Of a stretch of 64,000 bases of DNA, positions 24,173 to 36,257 are shown one piece after another. Under the pieces are notes generated by a model, which saw only the letters and a program-made list of their open reading frames with translations, was not told where the DNA came from and did no database searches. The first letter of the stretch is position 1, and each line of letters opens with the position of its first letter. The translations under genes were made by a program, and so were the position numbers. The DNA comes from Felis catus (taxonomy: Eukaryota), in the NCBI RefSeq assembly GCF_018350175.1, contig NC_058382.1, positions 57,972,001-58,036,000 on the forward strand, written 5' to 3'.

Positions 24173-24653
24173 GTGCACGCTGTGAAGGAACGGAGAGGCG
24201 GTGGGTGTTCTGTAAGCGTAGTGGGCACCTCCTGGGTGTAGGCGTTATGTTCAGTGAAGACAAACACCTGTGGACCTGTGGCCCTCACGGTGGGCGTGTC
24301 CACAGGACGCAAGGTGTCAGAAGCAGGTGTGGTCAGCTCTGCCTTGCAAAGGAGGCAGTACCTGAAGGGACTCTTGAGGGATGTGCGGGAGCTGACCGGG
24401 TAGGCTGGGGAGCAGGGGTGATTCCGGCGGCATGAACGCATAGGCACATTCGGGGGAGTCGACCCAGGTGAGGCGTGTCTGGGAGGGGAGTGGGCGGGGT
24501 CTTAAAGGTTGGGGCCAGAGTGGGGGTGGTTGGGTCCCGTGAGGGTTGGAGAGGATAATTGTAGGCCAGAGAAAACGGGGGAGGGGAGGTTCCTTTCAGG
24601 CCAGCCAGGTCTCGAGATCTGTGCTGGCCCTGGGTGAGCCCCGAGAGACAGAG

Positions 24654-25160
24654 ATTCATCCATTTGCACGCTCATTCACTTAACTCCCTCAGTGTTTCCC
24701 CAACACCGACCATGTGCTGGCCCCGGGGGGATGCGGCAGGAAACAAGGCAGGCAGGGTCCTGCCCTCAGCAAGCCCACCGGCTGATCTGATCGGAGGCCT
24801 CACACATCCGTCAGTGCCAGGAGAGGGTCATGCTGAGCAGGGAGGGGTGTAGAGGAATCCCTGCAGGGATGGGGGCTGCCGGTGCAGGGAGGGGCCAGGC
24901 CGGCCTCTCCGGGGAGGTGGCAGGTAAGCAGAGGGGCTGTGGGCAGAGAACAGCACGCTACAGGAGGCCCTGTGGTGGGTGTGGGCCTGGCCTGCTGGAG
25001 GAGGTCACGGAGCCCCGTCACTTGGCTCTGGTGACACAGTGGCTTCTGGGACTGCCGTCGGGAGTCAGGGCTGCGGAGGACTCTGCAGAGGGTTTGGTTC
25101 GTTTCTTTCCTGTGGGTGCTGGGGAGCCACTGAAGGCTGCTGAGCAGAGGAGGGTTGTAA
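24654..25160 (-). mobile_element. L2 remnant
   Basis: attcatccatt...cattcac tail; ggaaacaaggcaggcagggtcctgccctc; ggggagccactgaaggc. Confidence 0.7.
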
Positions 25161-25239
25161 ACACTGTTCTTGGGCAGCAGTGTGCAGGAGGGGGAGGGAG
25201 CCTCCCTGCGGCCGGAAGCTTCTGGGAATGCTGAGTCAG

Positions 25240-25392
25240 TGCAGTTAATGCCCTGGCTTTCAGGGCAGCCAAGCCCGGGTTTGAATTCCCGTCCTTCCCT
25301 GCACTTGGCTGTGTCACTCGGGGAAGGTACTCGCACATCCCGAGCCTCAGTGTGCTCACCCGTGAGATGGGAACGACGACAGCGCCCGTCTC
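25240..25392 (+). mobile_element. MIR
   Basis: gggtttgaattcc...gctgtgtcactcgggg...gcctcagtgtgctcacccgtgagatggga. Confidence 0.75.
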
Positions 25393-25794
25393 TGGGCCCT
25401 CGCGGCGAGGCGGGCGGCCTTGTGCGTAAACAGCCAGGCCCCTGCCTGCACGACGTGCCTGGCGTCGATCCTTTCGGTTTCCCCGCCCTGGGAGAACCAC
25501 GGGAGCGGGCAGATAGGTGGGGGAGGGAGGCTCCCTCGTGTCTGATTAGCTCTTGGAAGAGGGGGGCCCAGCAAGGTCACATCCTCGCGCCCCACGGACC
25601 AGAGAGGGGAAGGGGTCTGCTCGGAAAAGGACGTGGTGGGGAAAGATGGGAGCCGCCTTCTGCCTCGGTTTACCCTGCTGCAAAGAACCCTGGGCCTCCC
25701 CCCTCCCCCACCTCCCGGAGCCCGGGGCGTTTGGGCCTCGCTGGAGAGAACACACCCGAAAGAGTTCCCTGGCCCCCAGCCCAGCGGCCTCTCC

Positions 25795-25830
25795 GAGCCG
25801 TGCAGGGAGCCGTGCAGGGAGCCGTGCAGG
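25795..25830. repeat. Perfect 12-bp tandem repeat (GAGCCGTGCAGG)x3
   Basis: Directly seen. Confidence 0.95.
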
Positions 25831-26334
25831 GCCTGGGCATCCGCCGGGCCAAACAACTGTTTTTGACTCACTGCTGCGAGGCTGCTGAGTGCAATCGCTT
25901 CCACGCTCGGCTCCGGCGGGAGGGGTGGAGAGACACCCGCTTGCTCCGGCGAAGGTGGTGCCCGCTGGCCGCGAGCCAGAGAGCGCTGCCTGCGCGGAGC
26001 TGGGGGGGCATCTCTGGATCGGGGCCGAGGTCCCCCCCCCCGCCACCCAGGCGCACAGGGCGCCCACCTTGTGGGCTGCCGGCCTGGCTCCCGGTGGGCC
26101 AGGGCGGCCCAGCCAGCGGGCGGCGGGCACGGCGGGCGGGCTGCGTCATCGGCAGGCCGGAGCCAGCTGCTCCGGCCTTGGCAAGGCGAACACAGAGCAA
26201 GTGCACTGTGGTGCCAAGGCCGGGAGCAGACTCCCGGCTCCTGTTCGGCTCCCGCGGGCTGGGCCCCTGTGTGCGCCCGGCTTCCCCGGCCCCGGCCTGG
26301 CCCGCCCCTACCCCCACGTTTTCTGAGTCACGAC

Positions 26335-26541
26335 ACCTAATGTCAGTTGGACACTTTCCGTGTGCCACGCGCTGTGCTAGATGGTTTTCAAGCCGTGCTA
26401 AATTCTTAAGACTCACGGGTATTAGCCCTGTTTTATGGAGGAGAAAATGGAGGCACAGAGGGGTTAAGTAGTTTGCCTGAGGTCACACAAGTAGTAGACC
26501 TTGGATCTGAACCCAAGAAGGCTGGTTCCGGAATCCGTGCC
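26335..26541 (-). mobile_element. MIR (host of nested SINEs)
   Basis: gaggcacagagggggttaagtagtttgcctgaggtcacaca. Confidence 0.8.
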
Positions 26542-26583
26542 TTTTTTTTTTTTTTTAAGTTTATTTATTTATTTTGAGAGCGG

Positions 26584-26617
<34 letters not shown>

Positions 26618-27021
26618 ACGCAAGCGTGAGCAGGGAAGGGGCAGAGAAACAGAGGGAAAGTCCCAAGCAGGCTCCACGCTGTCAGCACAGATCCCCATGT
26701 GGGGCTCGATCCCATGACCACAAGGTCATGACCTGCGCCGAAATCAAGAGTCGGATGCTGGGGGCGCCTGGGTGGCTTGGTCAGTTAAGCGTCTGACTTG
26801 GGCTCAGGTCATGATCTCACGGTCCGTGAGTCCGAGCCCCGCGTCGGGCTCTGGGCTGACCGCTCAGAGCCTGGAGCCTGTTTCAGATTCTGTGTCTCCC
26901 TCTCTCTCTGACCCTCCCCTGTCCATGCTCTGTCTCTCTCTGTCTCAAAAGTAAACGTTAAAAAAAATTTTTTTTAAAAAAAGAGTCGGATGCTTAACTG
27001 ACTGAGCCACCCAGGCGCCCC
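26542..27021 (-). mobile_element. Older Can-SINE (outer), interrupted
   Basis: Antisense SINEC resumes at 26981; imperfect TSD ccggaatccgtgc / ccaggatccgtgc; internal (GT)n. Confidence 0.92.
26760..26980 (+). mobile_element. Younger Can-SINE nested antisense in outer SINE
   Basis: Perfect 14-bp TSD aagagtcggatgct at 26746-26759 and 26981-26994. Confidence 0.96.
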
Positions 27022-27149
27022 CAGGATCCGTGCTTTGATCTGCTTCAAGAGACCACCTCCCGCAACCGATAATGAGAGGGTAAACCCCCGCCCACAGTCC
27101 CAAGTCTACAAGAGAGGACTTTTTCCTTAAAGTAAATTCAAGCATGATT

Positions 27150-27470
27150 CTCTTGACTCTGTCCTCATGGTGGTAAGCTGGCTGCCGTGGTTCCAAGCAT
27201 CACGTTCTCACGTGATAACATCCAAAAGCAGGATGGGAAGGGGAAGGCGGCTCTCTTGTCTTTTTCCCTTTTGGGGAAGAGTGTTTCCCAGATTTCAGCA
27301 AACTTGAGTTCACTCGTCCAGGGCTGGTCATCTGCCCATCTGTATTTGCAGGAGTGCTGGGAACACGAATATCTGACCTTCTCAGACTTTAGGGGGGACA
27401 GACCGTGCCATCAAAAAAGAAGGGGTACGAATGGCTGGTGGGTAGGCAGCCTAGGTGGCTTGTTTCCATC
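27150..27470 (-). mobile_element. Old MLT1 (I/J/K-like) LTR remnant
   Basis: cctcatggtggtaagctggctgcc...ccaagcatcacgttctcac...gggtaggcagc. Confidence 0.6.
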
Positions 27471-27779
27471 ACTGATCTTTGAGCAGCCCTGCACTGCAGG
27501 AGGTGTTGTCTCCGTTTAACAGATAGGGAAACTGAGGCTTAGCGATAACCTGCCTTGCCCTTTTGATCCCATGCTGGCATTGAACGTCTGGGCTCTGTGG
27601 CTTTCTTCGTTGTTTGTTTTAGAACTGCCTCTCCAGCTAGGGGGTCAGCCTCTGGCAGGCCAGACCAGGATCTGTGTGTCTTTTGGGTCTCCTTGTCTGA
27701 TTCAGGGATGAGCACCCGGAAGGTGCTAAGTCACCTTATACTGCATTAGGAGGGCTTGTGTTGCCCACGCCCCTCCCTG

Positions 27780-28110
27780 CTCACAAGTGACATGAGCCCA
27801 GCTCCCAGCTGGCTGTAGCAAAAAGTTGGGAGCTATGAAATCGATGAGGGTCGCGCGGGATTCGGTCACCCTCGGGTCCTGGGCTCGTCGGGCTCTCTCC
27901 AGGCCTCTGCTTCCTCCTGTGTGGGATTCACTCGTGGAGTGGGTGGTTCTCTTCACATGCACTCAGAGATTCCCACCAGCGGTTCCAGGCTGACCCCTGG
28001 CATGACCCAGAGTGGGCAGGAGAGCAGTTCCCTTGCTAGTGGCCCAGGGAAGATTCTGATGGGCCCAGCCTGGGCCGCCTGCCTGCCCCTATCAAGGGAG
28101 AAGGCGTGGG
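27780..28110 (-). mobile_element. Old MLT1K-like LTR remnant
   Basis: caagtgacatgagcccagctc...ctctgcttcctcctgtg...gattctgatgggcccagcctggg. Confidence 0.5.
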
Positions 28111-28184
28111 CTCCTTGACCGCCCCACTCGGCGAGGAGGGGCCCAGAGATGCTGGTTAGGTACAGGGAAAAGCTGCTTACTACA

Positions 28185-28380
28185 GATGCGTGGGTAGAAG
28201 GACAGAAAGATGGAAAGACGGATGGGTGGATGGACGGACGGACGGATGGACAGATGGTTGGATGGACGGGTGGGAAGAACAGATGAACGGATGGATGGCT
28301 GAGTGTGTGGAGGGACAGACAGACACATGGATGCTTAGATGGACAGATGAATGGATCGGTAGTTGGACGCATGGGTGGAA
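28185..28380. repeat. Degenerate (GGAT/GGAC)n repeat
   Basis: Directly seen. Confidence 0.85.
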
Positions 28381-28563
28381 CAGGGTTGTGACCCGACAGC
28401 CTTCCTTAGGGGCTGTGGGTGGAGCCACCCGTGTGAATAGCGCGACAGCTACATCCGGTCCCCCTTGCAGGCACGTGCCCGCCGAGGTCCCAAGGCCCCT
28501 CTGAACCTTGACAGCTTCACTTCTGTATCAAGGTCACCTCTATTCCTTCCTGCCATGAGTGTC

Positions 28564-28766
28564 TTTTTTTTTTTTTACAGCTTATGTATTTATTTGAGAG
28601 AGAAAGTGCGCCGGTGGGGGAGGGGCAGAAGGGAAGAGAATCCCAAGCAGGCTCCACGCTGCCAGCACAGAGCCTGATGCGGGGTCTGAGCCCACGGACT
28701 GTGAGATCGTGACTCGAGCCGAAGCCAAGAGTGGGACGCTCAACCGACCGGGCCGCCCAGGCGCCC
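28564..28766 (-). mobile_element. Older Can-SINE
   Basis: Antisense SINEC; gagtgtcttt duplicated at both ends. Confidence 0.92.
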
Positions 28767-30179
28767 TCCCCCTAGGAGTGTCTTTAATGACCCTTAACTG
28801 CTCCCCCAGCACAAAATATGCCTTGGTGGGTGCCGCTCGGTGCTGTCCTCTGACAGCTCCAGGGGCTGTCCCCAGCCAGACTTGCTTCCCCACGGCTGGG
28901 GCTGGGAGACGGAAAGTAGCGAGGCAGGCGTTGTGGCGGGCAGGCCAGAGCGCAGGTGATGGCCTTTGCTGCGTCCCTTACGGGGCACGTGCTTGTCAGC
29001 ACAAGGCCACGCGGAGCCTCGTACTTCCGTGACTCCTTCCGCGGGAGGCCACCCTAAAGGACGTGTAAAAACCCCAGTGACAAGCCCTGACCACGAGGCA
29101 CTTCCTGGGGGCGCACCCCCAAAACTCCAGCCCTCTGGCCCGAATGCAGATGTTCTGCCCAGGCGAGCCCCAGTCTGCTCCCCTCGAGCTTTGCCCAGGA
29201 TGGGTGGCGGCTCAGGGTGTGGACGGAATGGGGAGCAAAGAGGGACAGGACTGCTTCCTGGTGCCTTGTCCTGCTCAGGATGTGGGTGTGGGACAGATCC
29301 TCAGGCTGGGTCTGCTGTCGGGCGGGCCCTAAGGCGGCTGAGCTGGGTTCCCGGGTGAGGGGTCAGGAGAGAGAGAAGGCGGTCCTCTTCCCCCACCCGC
29401 CGCCCTGACCCTCGCTTGCTGTTTCTTCCTGGGTCTGGGGCGGGAGGGGTCCTTCTACCGCAGCCCCCTGCCCTCTGTCCGGAGCACCAGCCCTTTTTCG
29501 TTGAATATTTCGTGGAATATTCAAATGTCACCTCCTCCTGGAGGTCCAACTGCTCCGCTGAAGAAACTTCTCTCCACCCTGGCTGCAGCTCCAGGATCTC
29601 AACCCTGCATTTCTGTCCTTTATGGTCTGAGCGGATGAATGAATGAATGAACGGCCCCAGGGTCCGGTGTGTAAGGTGCACAAGCCTGGGTAGGACACAC
29701 ACGGCTGGGCTTCCGGGGCCGAGAGGGCGGTGGGCAGGCGGGGGCGGGGGTGTCTGTGCTGTGGTCCCGGAGGCCACTTGGGTGGGGGGGCTGCTGGCTC
29801 TGGACGGGGTCCCTTCCCGGGCCTTGTTCTCATCCGTGAGATGCCTTCTCACCCTGAAGAACCCTCACGGTCCCCTCTCTCCCCGCTCGCAAAGGCAAGG
29901 CCTCTGCCAAACCGTGCTTATCAGCCAATCGTTAATTCATTTCCTCATTTTTTATTAATCACCCTGCCCACCAGCCCAAGCTTTGGCTGGGGACGAGAAG
30001 CCCCGGAGAGGGACCAGGATGACAGAACTGCAGCCCCAGGCAGAGGAATGTCAAGCTGGAACCTGGCGGGGGCCCTCCAGGGGACGCTGCGCGGGGTGGC
30101 TTGGCCTTCGGGGATGTTTCGAACTACTCCAGGGCCCTGCTGGTCTCCTCTCCCGGGGAGGGAGCTGCTTTGACAGCCG

Positions 30180-30390
30180 CGTGTGTGTCCGTGCATGTGT
30201 GTGCACGCGCGTGTGCACCACGTTGTATGGGATACGCGTGGCGTGAGAAGCGTGTGCCTGTGTGTGGGGGTGTGTGTGGTGGGTATGCCGTGTGTGTGCG
30301 TGCACAGCCTGTGTGCAGAGCTCGCATGTGGGGGTGCCGCGTGCATCTGCGTTCACGAGGCGCACGTATGTGTTTGTGTGTGCGTGGCGG
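30180..30390. repeat. Degenerate (TG/CG) alternating repeat
   Basis: Directly seen. Confidence 0.8.
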
Positions 30391-30704
30391 GGGCGTGGGG
30401 GGGGCGCTGGCAAGAGAGGGACTGACAGGGAGTTTCTTTGGATGATTAATGGCCTTTGGAAGGAGGCGCCGAATCCATCAGACACTCCTGGCAGGTTCTG
30501 AGCTTGGCATCCTGCCCACCTTCTGGCTGGGCCAGCCCAGGTGAGGCTGTGTTCCCAGCCCGGGTGGCCCAGGGCTGTGAGGTGGGCCCCAGCGGGGACA
30601 GAGAGCCCCCTTCAGAGTTGCCTTCGGCTTGGCCCGCCCCAGCCCCCTCCGGCCTCGCCCCCCACTCACCCCGTACACAGATGGCATAGGCCACCTGGGC
30701 AGCA

Positions 30705-30895
30705 GCACAGAGCGCGGGTCCTCAAACCTGCCCCCCCCCCACCCGCCACCTCTGGCCATGACATACAGTCATAGTGAATGCAGATTCCAGGGCCTCCCCC
30801 ACAGGACAGGCCAGTGCCTGGGAATCTGCATTTCTAACAAGACTCCCAGAGGGGGCTGATTCTGGAGGGCTTTAGAGCACATGTTGAGGAACTCA
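30705..30895. mobile_element. MER5A/B-like hAT-Charlie MITE
   Basis: Inverted aatgcagattcc...ggaatctgcatttctaacaag typical of MER5. Confidence 0.7.
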
Positions 30896-32149
30896 CCCAG
30901 AGCTACAAGGGAGCCCGGGCTGGGAAGGCGCCCTCCCCTTGTTCCTCCTGTATTTGCCCCTTGGGCATCCATTCTCTCTGCCTCTCATTTGCTCAGTGCC
31001 CTGGACCACTGCCCTGTTTTAATAATAACCCTGTCTCTTACTAGCTCTGGGATCTTTCTTCCGTGCAGTGGGGTTAATATTGGCACCAGCCTCCTTGAGT
31101 TCTCTCAGGTCCTTGGAAGGAGCCTGCAGAGTTCTGTAGGCATCTGAGACCCCGCTGTTCTGTGCCCTGGCGAGGTGTGGTTAGACTGCGCACGGTGGCG
31201 GGGTGGTCAGGGAGGAGAGCGCCCATCCCAGGTCTCAGTAGCATCTGAGCTATAGGACCTCTGCGCCTTCCTAATTTACAGATCAGAAGACCGAGGCTCG
31301 CCCAAGGTTCCTAGGCCCAGGGGGACAGAGTCCCAAAGCCAGGGGCCTCACTGTGTCCTTGGCCCTCAGGTGGGACATGGGTGAGGTTGAGGCTGCCAGC
31401 GCCCCCAACCCCCACCCCAGCAGCTCTGAAAACGCCAGCCGGGCAGGCGGGGCTGGAGGGCTTGGGAGGCTCTACAGCCCAAGCCGCCAGCAAATCCAGC
31501 CCAGCTGGGGGATTAGACCGCATCTGGCTCGGTTTACACCCGAGAAACAAAGGCGGCTGCCGGCGCCTTTATCTAGGGAGGAGGGGGCAGGAGGGGGGCT
31601 GCCCTTGGCCCTGTCGGGGACCTAGATGGAAGGGAGGAGCGGAATCTGGGCTCTGATCCCCCAACTGACTCCCTTACCGTCCCCCCCGCCCACGACTCCA
31701 GGCTGGTGACCTCACATCTCCCAAATGGAGGGCAGGGTGTTCCCTGGGGTGGGGTGAGGTGGAGTGGATAGCCTGGGCGGGGAGGGGGGGCGGTGAGTTC
31801 CCTCGTGGCAGGGACAGGGAATCCTAGGAGCCCCAGGCTCCGCAGCTGGGCTTCCCACGCAGCTGGCCCAACGCACAGTGAGGATCCCCAACCTAGGGGC
31901 ACGTAGTATGCCTGCCCTTCCCTCCGGCCAGGACCCCAAACAGCCCGTGGTCTCTCAATCCCCGAAGGGAAGCGGCCAATACGGGAGAAAATGAGAAAAT
32001 CAGAGCACGCCCCGGGCCCCCCCCCCCCCCCCCCCCCCCCCGCCTTGCAGGGAGGTATGGGGGGGCAGGGGCGCTGGGAGTTTTCCCTCCGCCCCCAGGG
32101 GAGGTTGGCTCCTTCCCCCAGGGGTGGGAATGGGTTCTGCCCTCCCCGC

Positions 32150-32830
32150 CCTCCCAGACCCCCTGGTCCTTCCCGTCCCCACTGGGGGGAGGAGGGGCTC
32201 CCCCGCAGCGGGGGGTGGGGCTGGGTCCGCCCCCTCCTCCCCCTCCCGCCGCGGGAAGCGGGTGCCAGGCGGGCGGGGGCGGCCGGTGTGTGCGCGGCTC
32301 GCCGGAGCCAGGAGCTGACCTTATTAGCCGGGGGCAGCTGTGCGCCGCGCACATCTGGCAGCGGGTACCCCCCCCCCGGCCTGGCGTTACCTTCCAGGAA
32401 TGCTGGCAGCGCCGCGCGCATCTGGAGCGCGTTTCTGGGGGCAGCCGGCGCCCCCTCCGGCGCCTGGCCCGGGGCTGGGGGTGGGCGCCGCCCCGCCCGG
32501 ATTTCCTGGCTCCTCCCTCCTCTGGCCGCCGCGGTAGCTCCCGGGCCGGGCCGCCCGCCGACCGGAAAGGGTGGCTGCCCTCGGCCTCCTCCCCGCGGGG
32601 CCCCGGGTGAGACCCCCGGTGGGGAGGAGGGAACCGCGCCCGCCCCGGGCCGCCGGGCTCTCCCGGGGCTGTGGGCCCAGGCCCACAGCGGTTCACGGTC
32701 ACATCCCTGGTGTGGCCTGGTGGGTGTTCATCTCTGGCCTGCGGGGCCGGAAGTTCTGGGGCTCGTAGGGAAGGAAAGGCCGCGAGAGAGCAGTGCCGGC
32801 GGTCCCACCGGAGGGCGGCCCTGTCCCTGC
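32150..32830. promoter_or_regulatory. CpG island; candidate enhancer or alternative promoter
   Basis: Very high GC and CpG density in unique sequence; GC boxes, E-boxes 32335/32352/32419, TEAD-type AGGAATG 32396; C25 tract at 32017-32041. Confidence 0.6.
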
Positions 32831-35800
32831 CCAGCCCAGCCCCTCACTGGAGAGCCGTGTGGCCTGGGTGTGTGGCTTAGCCTTTCCTTGCCTCAGCCCC
32901 ATCTGTAGAATGGGCCGGTCAGGGTACCTACTTCAGTCCGGTTGCTGTGGTGTCACAAAGGGCCAGGACTGCGGTTCAGGTGGAGAAAAGAGGGGCGTTT
33001 GGGAGCCAGAGAAAAGCGGGTGCCTGGGCCCCGGGTGATGGGAGCCGGGGTCAGGAGTGGAGGTGCGTTGGGCCAGCATGAAGGCTGTGAATGGCCACTC
33101 GCGGGTGCCAACACCTGGCATCGCTTGGGCTTTGTGGCCGGACTGTGGGGAGCTCTTGAAGGTTCATGAGCAGGAGAGTGGCCTGTGGCCCCCAGGCAGC
33201 ATTTCTCCAGCTATGAGTGGAGGGGCCTGGGGTCTATAGCAGAATGATTTCTGCCACGTGCACAAGGCCTAGGCACTGTGACCTTCCTGCCCCCGCCAGG
33301 CCCCCCGGGACCTCTGCCCGGCTCTCCCTGCCACCCCTTCCGCAGGCCCCACATCCTTGTCCCACCCCTGAGTGCACTCACCCCTGCGATCTCACACCAG
33401 GAGTCTTTGGTTTAAAGCTATAGCATCTGTCGGAGGGGAGGAGGGAGGCTCCTGAAAGAGCCATGGGCAGAGGGGACAGGATGGGCCATACGGCAGAGGG
33501 GCTGGCTCTGGCACAGGCTTGGAGGGGGTCGTGAGCGTGGGCACCGTGCAGGCTGTCGCGGGGAGGGGGACGGCTGTCGGCCAGCTGGAGGGCTGAGTGG
33601 GGCTGGAGTCCTGAGAGCAGAGCTCAAGGCCCGGTTGACAACTTTGAATGCATGCTGGGGGGGTTGCCCTGTCCTGAAGGTAGTAGAGAGCCATTGAAGG
33701 CGAGTGAGCGGTGGGTCTGCTGGCTAATGCCACTGCAGCCACTCCAGAGCCTTGAGTGGGGCCTGGGGCATCCTAGGAGGTCCCGAGTGACTGGCTGAAC
33801 GAATGCATAAAGGGTGCCGGAGGGAAGCCAAGGGCTTGACCACAGGCAGGGGCAGAAGTGGAGAGAAGTGGACAGGAGAGGGCTGACGCCAGGGGTCCTG
33901 GGCTGGGCCCCCCAGCCAGCGGCGCCGGCAGACCCAGGATGGTGTGGAGTGTCAGCCGTGGGTGCAGGAGGACCCCTGCGTGGTGGCATCCTGCCAGGGG
34001 CACTTTCTCTGCCCAGGTTCCCTGCCCGGCCCAACCGGAAGAGCCTGGGGGCCCCCCGGCCCTGGCCTGGCGCCATAGGGCACCCGGGGGGCCACCCTCC
34101 AGCCCAGCCACCCGCCAGCCTGCCCTGACCTCCTCCAGACACCGTGTCTCGCCTGCCAGCATCTGCTGCCTCTGCTTCCTCCCTCCCCCAGCGCGTGTTT
34201 GTTTTTCTTCCAGAACCATCGCCTCCCACGGAGGCGGTCATCCAAAGGAGGTGGTGTTCTGGAGACATCCCTCTGCCCTCCGCAGCCCCACCGTGCCTTG
34301 CAGCCCTGGAGGGCATGGTGTGGGAGGCTGGGGCCCTGGGTAGGCAGGCGGGCGGGCGGCATCCTGGGGCAGCAGGGGTTTCGTCAGCCCTTGGCTCCTG
34401 CTTCTGCCGGTGGCATCCGGAACATGCGTGAGAGTGGCCTCTTGCCTGGGCGCGTCCTGGGAAGGGGCTCTGGATGGCTCTCTGCTTGTCTTGGCCCTTC
34501 TCCCTGCTCCGTCTCTCCCCCCTTGGAGGCATGAGGCCGGATTTGGGTCAGGGCTCCATCAGGGGAGGGCCCCGGGACCCTGGCTTCGGACTCTCCCTGG
34601 TGGCCCCAGGACCCTGGGCCCGGGTCTGGTCAGGGCAGGGGCGTCTGAGGGGTGCCGACGCCTGCGCCTCTCCTGCAGCTTGGCTGTGCCCCCTTCCTTC
34701 CCAGTTTCTACTCTCAGTCAGGTCACCCAACAGACACGTGACACATCTACTGCGTGCCCCAGCTGGCAAGACCCGCCCTGCAGGGCAGCGCCTGGGGACG
34801 GCGGTGTGGCCCTCGATCAACGTTAGGGAAAAAGCCACCGGAGGGCAGTAGGGAGGGTGCCACGACCGGGGCTGGGCTTGTAAAGGGCCAGCATGAGTCG
34901 TACGGAGAAAAGAAGCAAGGTGGCAGCTTCCCAGGGACAGACGTACCCGGCGTGAGGCCGGGGGTGGGAGCGAAGCCGGCAGAAATGCCTCCCTGCCCCT
35001 CTTGGAAGGCGGGGTGCAGGCGGGGTGGATGAGAGGGTGCTGGACGAGCCACTGGAAGGGGCTTGGATGGGCCCCGAGAAGTCCCGCCAGCCCTTCCCCT
35101 CCCCGCAGCCTCTCCCTGAGCGAGGGCGAGGGCTCAGACCCTCCCAGCAGCCCCTGTGTCTTCGGGGCCAGACTTTGCTGCTGAACGCTGCCTGCAGCTG
35201 TCCAGGGAGGCTGTGACCGCCGAGGCCAAGGGAGGTAGGAGGGATGAAGCCAGGAAGGCTCCTTCTGGGTAACTCTGTCCCCCTCCGAGCAGTGCTGGGG
35301 GGAACCACGCGGGGTCTGTGATTTGCCAATTGTTGTGGGCCAGCGGACGTCTGTTTTTGTCGCTCCTGAAGGCCCCACATCCCAAAGGGAGGGCTGGCCG
35401 GGGATGGGGTCCGGGATCTGTGCTCGAGAATCTATCCCAGGGGACCCCAGGACCGGCCGACCAACCCGTCAGGACGACGGTGCTACCTTGGGAAGGGACA
35501 CAAGGAGCCCTGGGGGGCTAGAAATGTTCTGTGTCTCAGACCCCTAGCGACAGGGTACCTCCGTCAGGCGGGTCACTGAGTCGCGTGCATGCACCTGCGT
35601 GTGGGAGTCTGTACCCCGAGGGGGAAATACAGGTGAGAGGGCCTGGGGGATTGAGGTCTGCAGGCCTCTGGGACTGCCCGTCAGCGGGGTGGCTGTTTTT
35701 GCCCAAATCACCGAATCTCTCGGAGCCTCAACTTGCTCCTCTGCAAAGTGGGGACATTGGTGTTGCCCTCCCAGAGTCTGAAGGAGAAACAAGTTAGCAC

Positions 35801-36023
35801 AAGTGCGGTGCTCAGCCGTTGTCACGATGAAGCGTGTGGCATCCGGGGTGTTTTCTGCATCCCGGCCACGCGGGAATTGGCCGGGCAGTGGCTTCCCCGC
35901 TGGAATCCCACGCTCTTCCTGTTGGCGCGGGCCGGGTCCTTCCCGCATCCCCACAGATGGCACAAGGGGTGTTCTGACCCTGCTTTCCACCATCCTGGCT
36001 CACTTTTGAAAATTGCCTTATTT

Positions 36024-36257
36024 AGGGCGTCTGGGTGGCTCAGTCGGGTAAGCGTCGGACTCTCGATTTCGGCTCAGGTCATGATCTCTCTCTTTCATGG
36101 GTTCGAACCCCACATCCGGCTCTGTGCTGGCAGCACGGAGCCTGCTTGGGGTTCTCTCCCTCCCTCTCTCTCTCTCTGCCCCTCCCCTACTCATGCTGCC
36201 TCTCTCTCTCCCAAAAAGTAAATTCAAAAAAGTAAAGAATGCAAAATCAGAAAAAAA
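36024..36257 (+). mobile_element. Can-SINE
   Basis: gggcgtctgggtggctcagtcgg head, ggttcgaaccc, (CT)n, A-rich tail. Confidence 0.93.

Noticed and set aside
25170..26471. 433-aa ORF
   Set aside because: Starts and ends in MIR remnants; no domain or codon pattern
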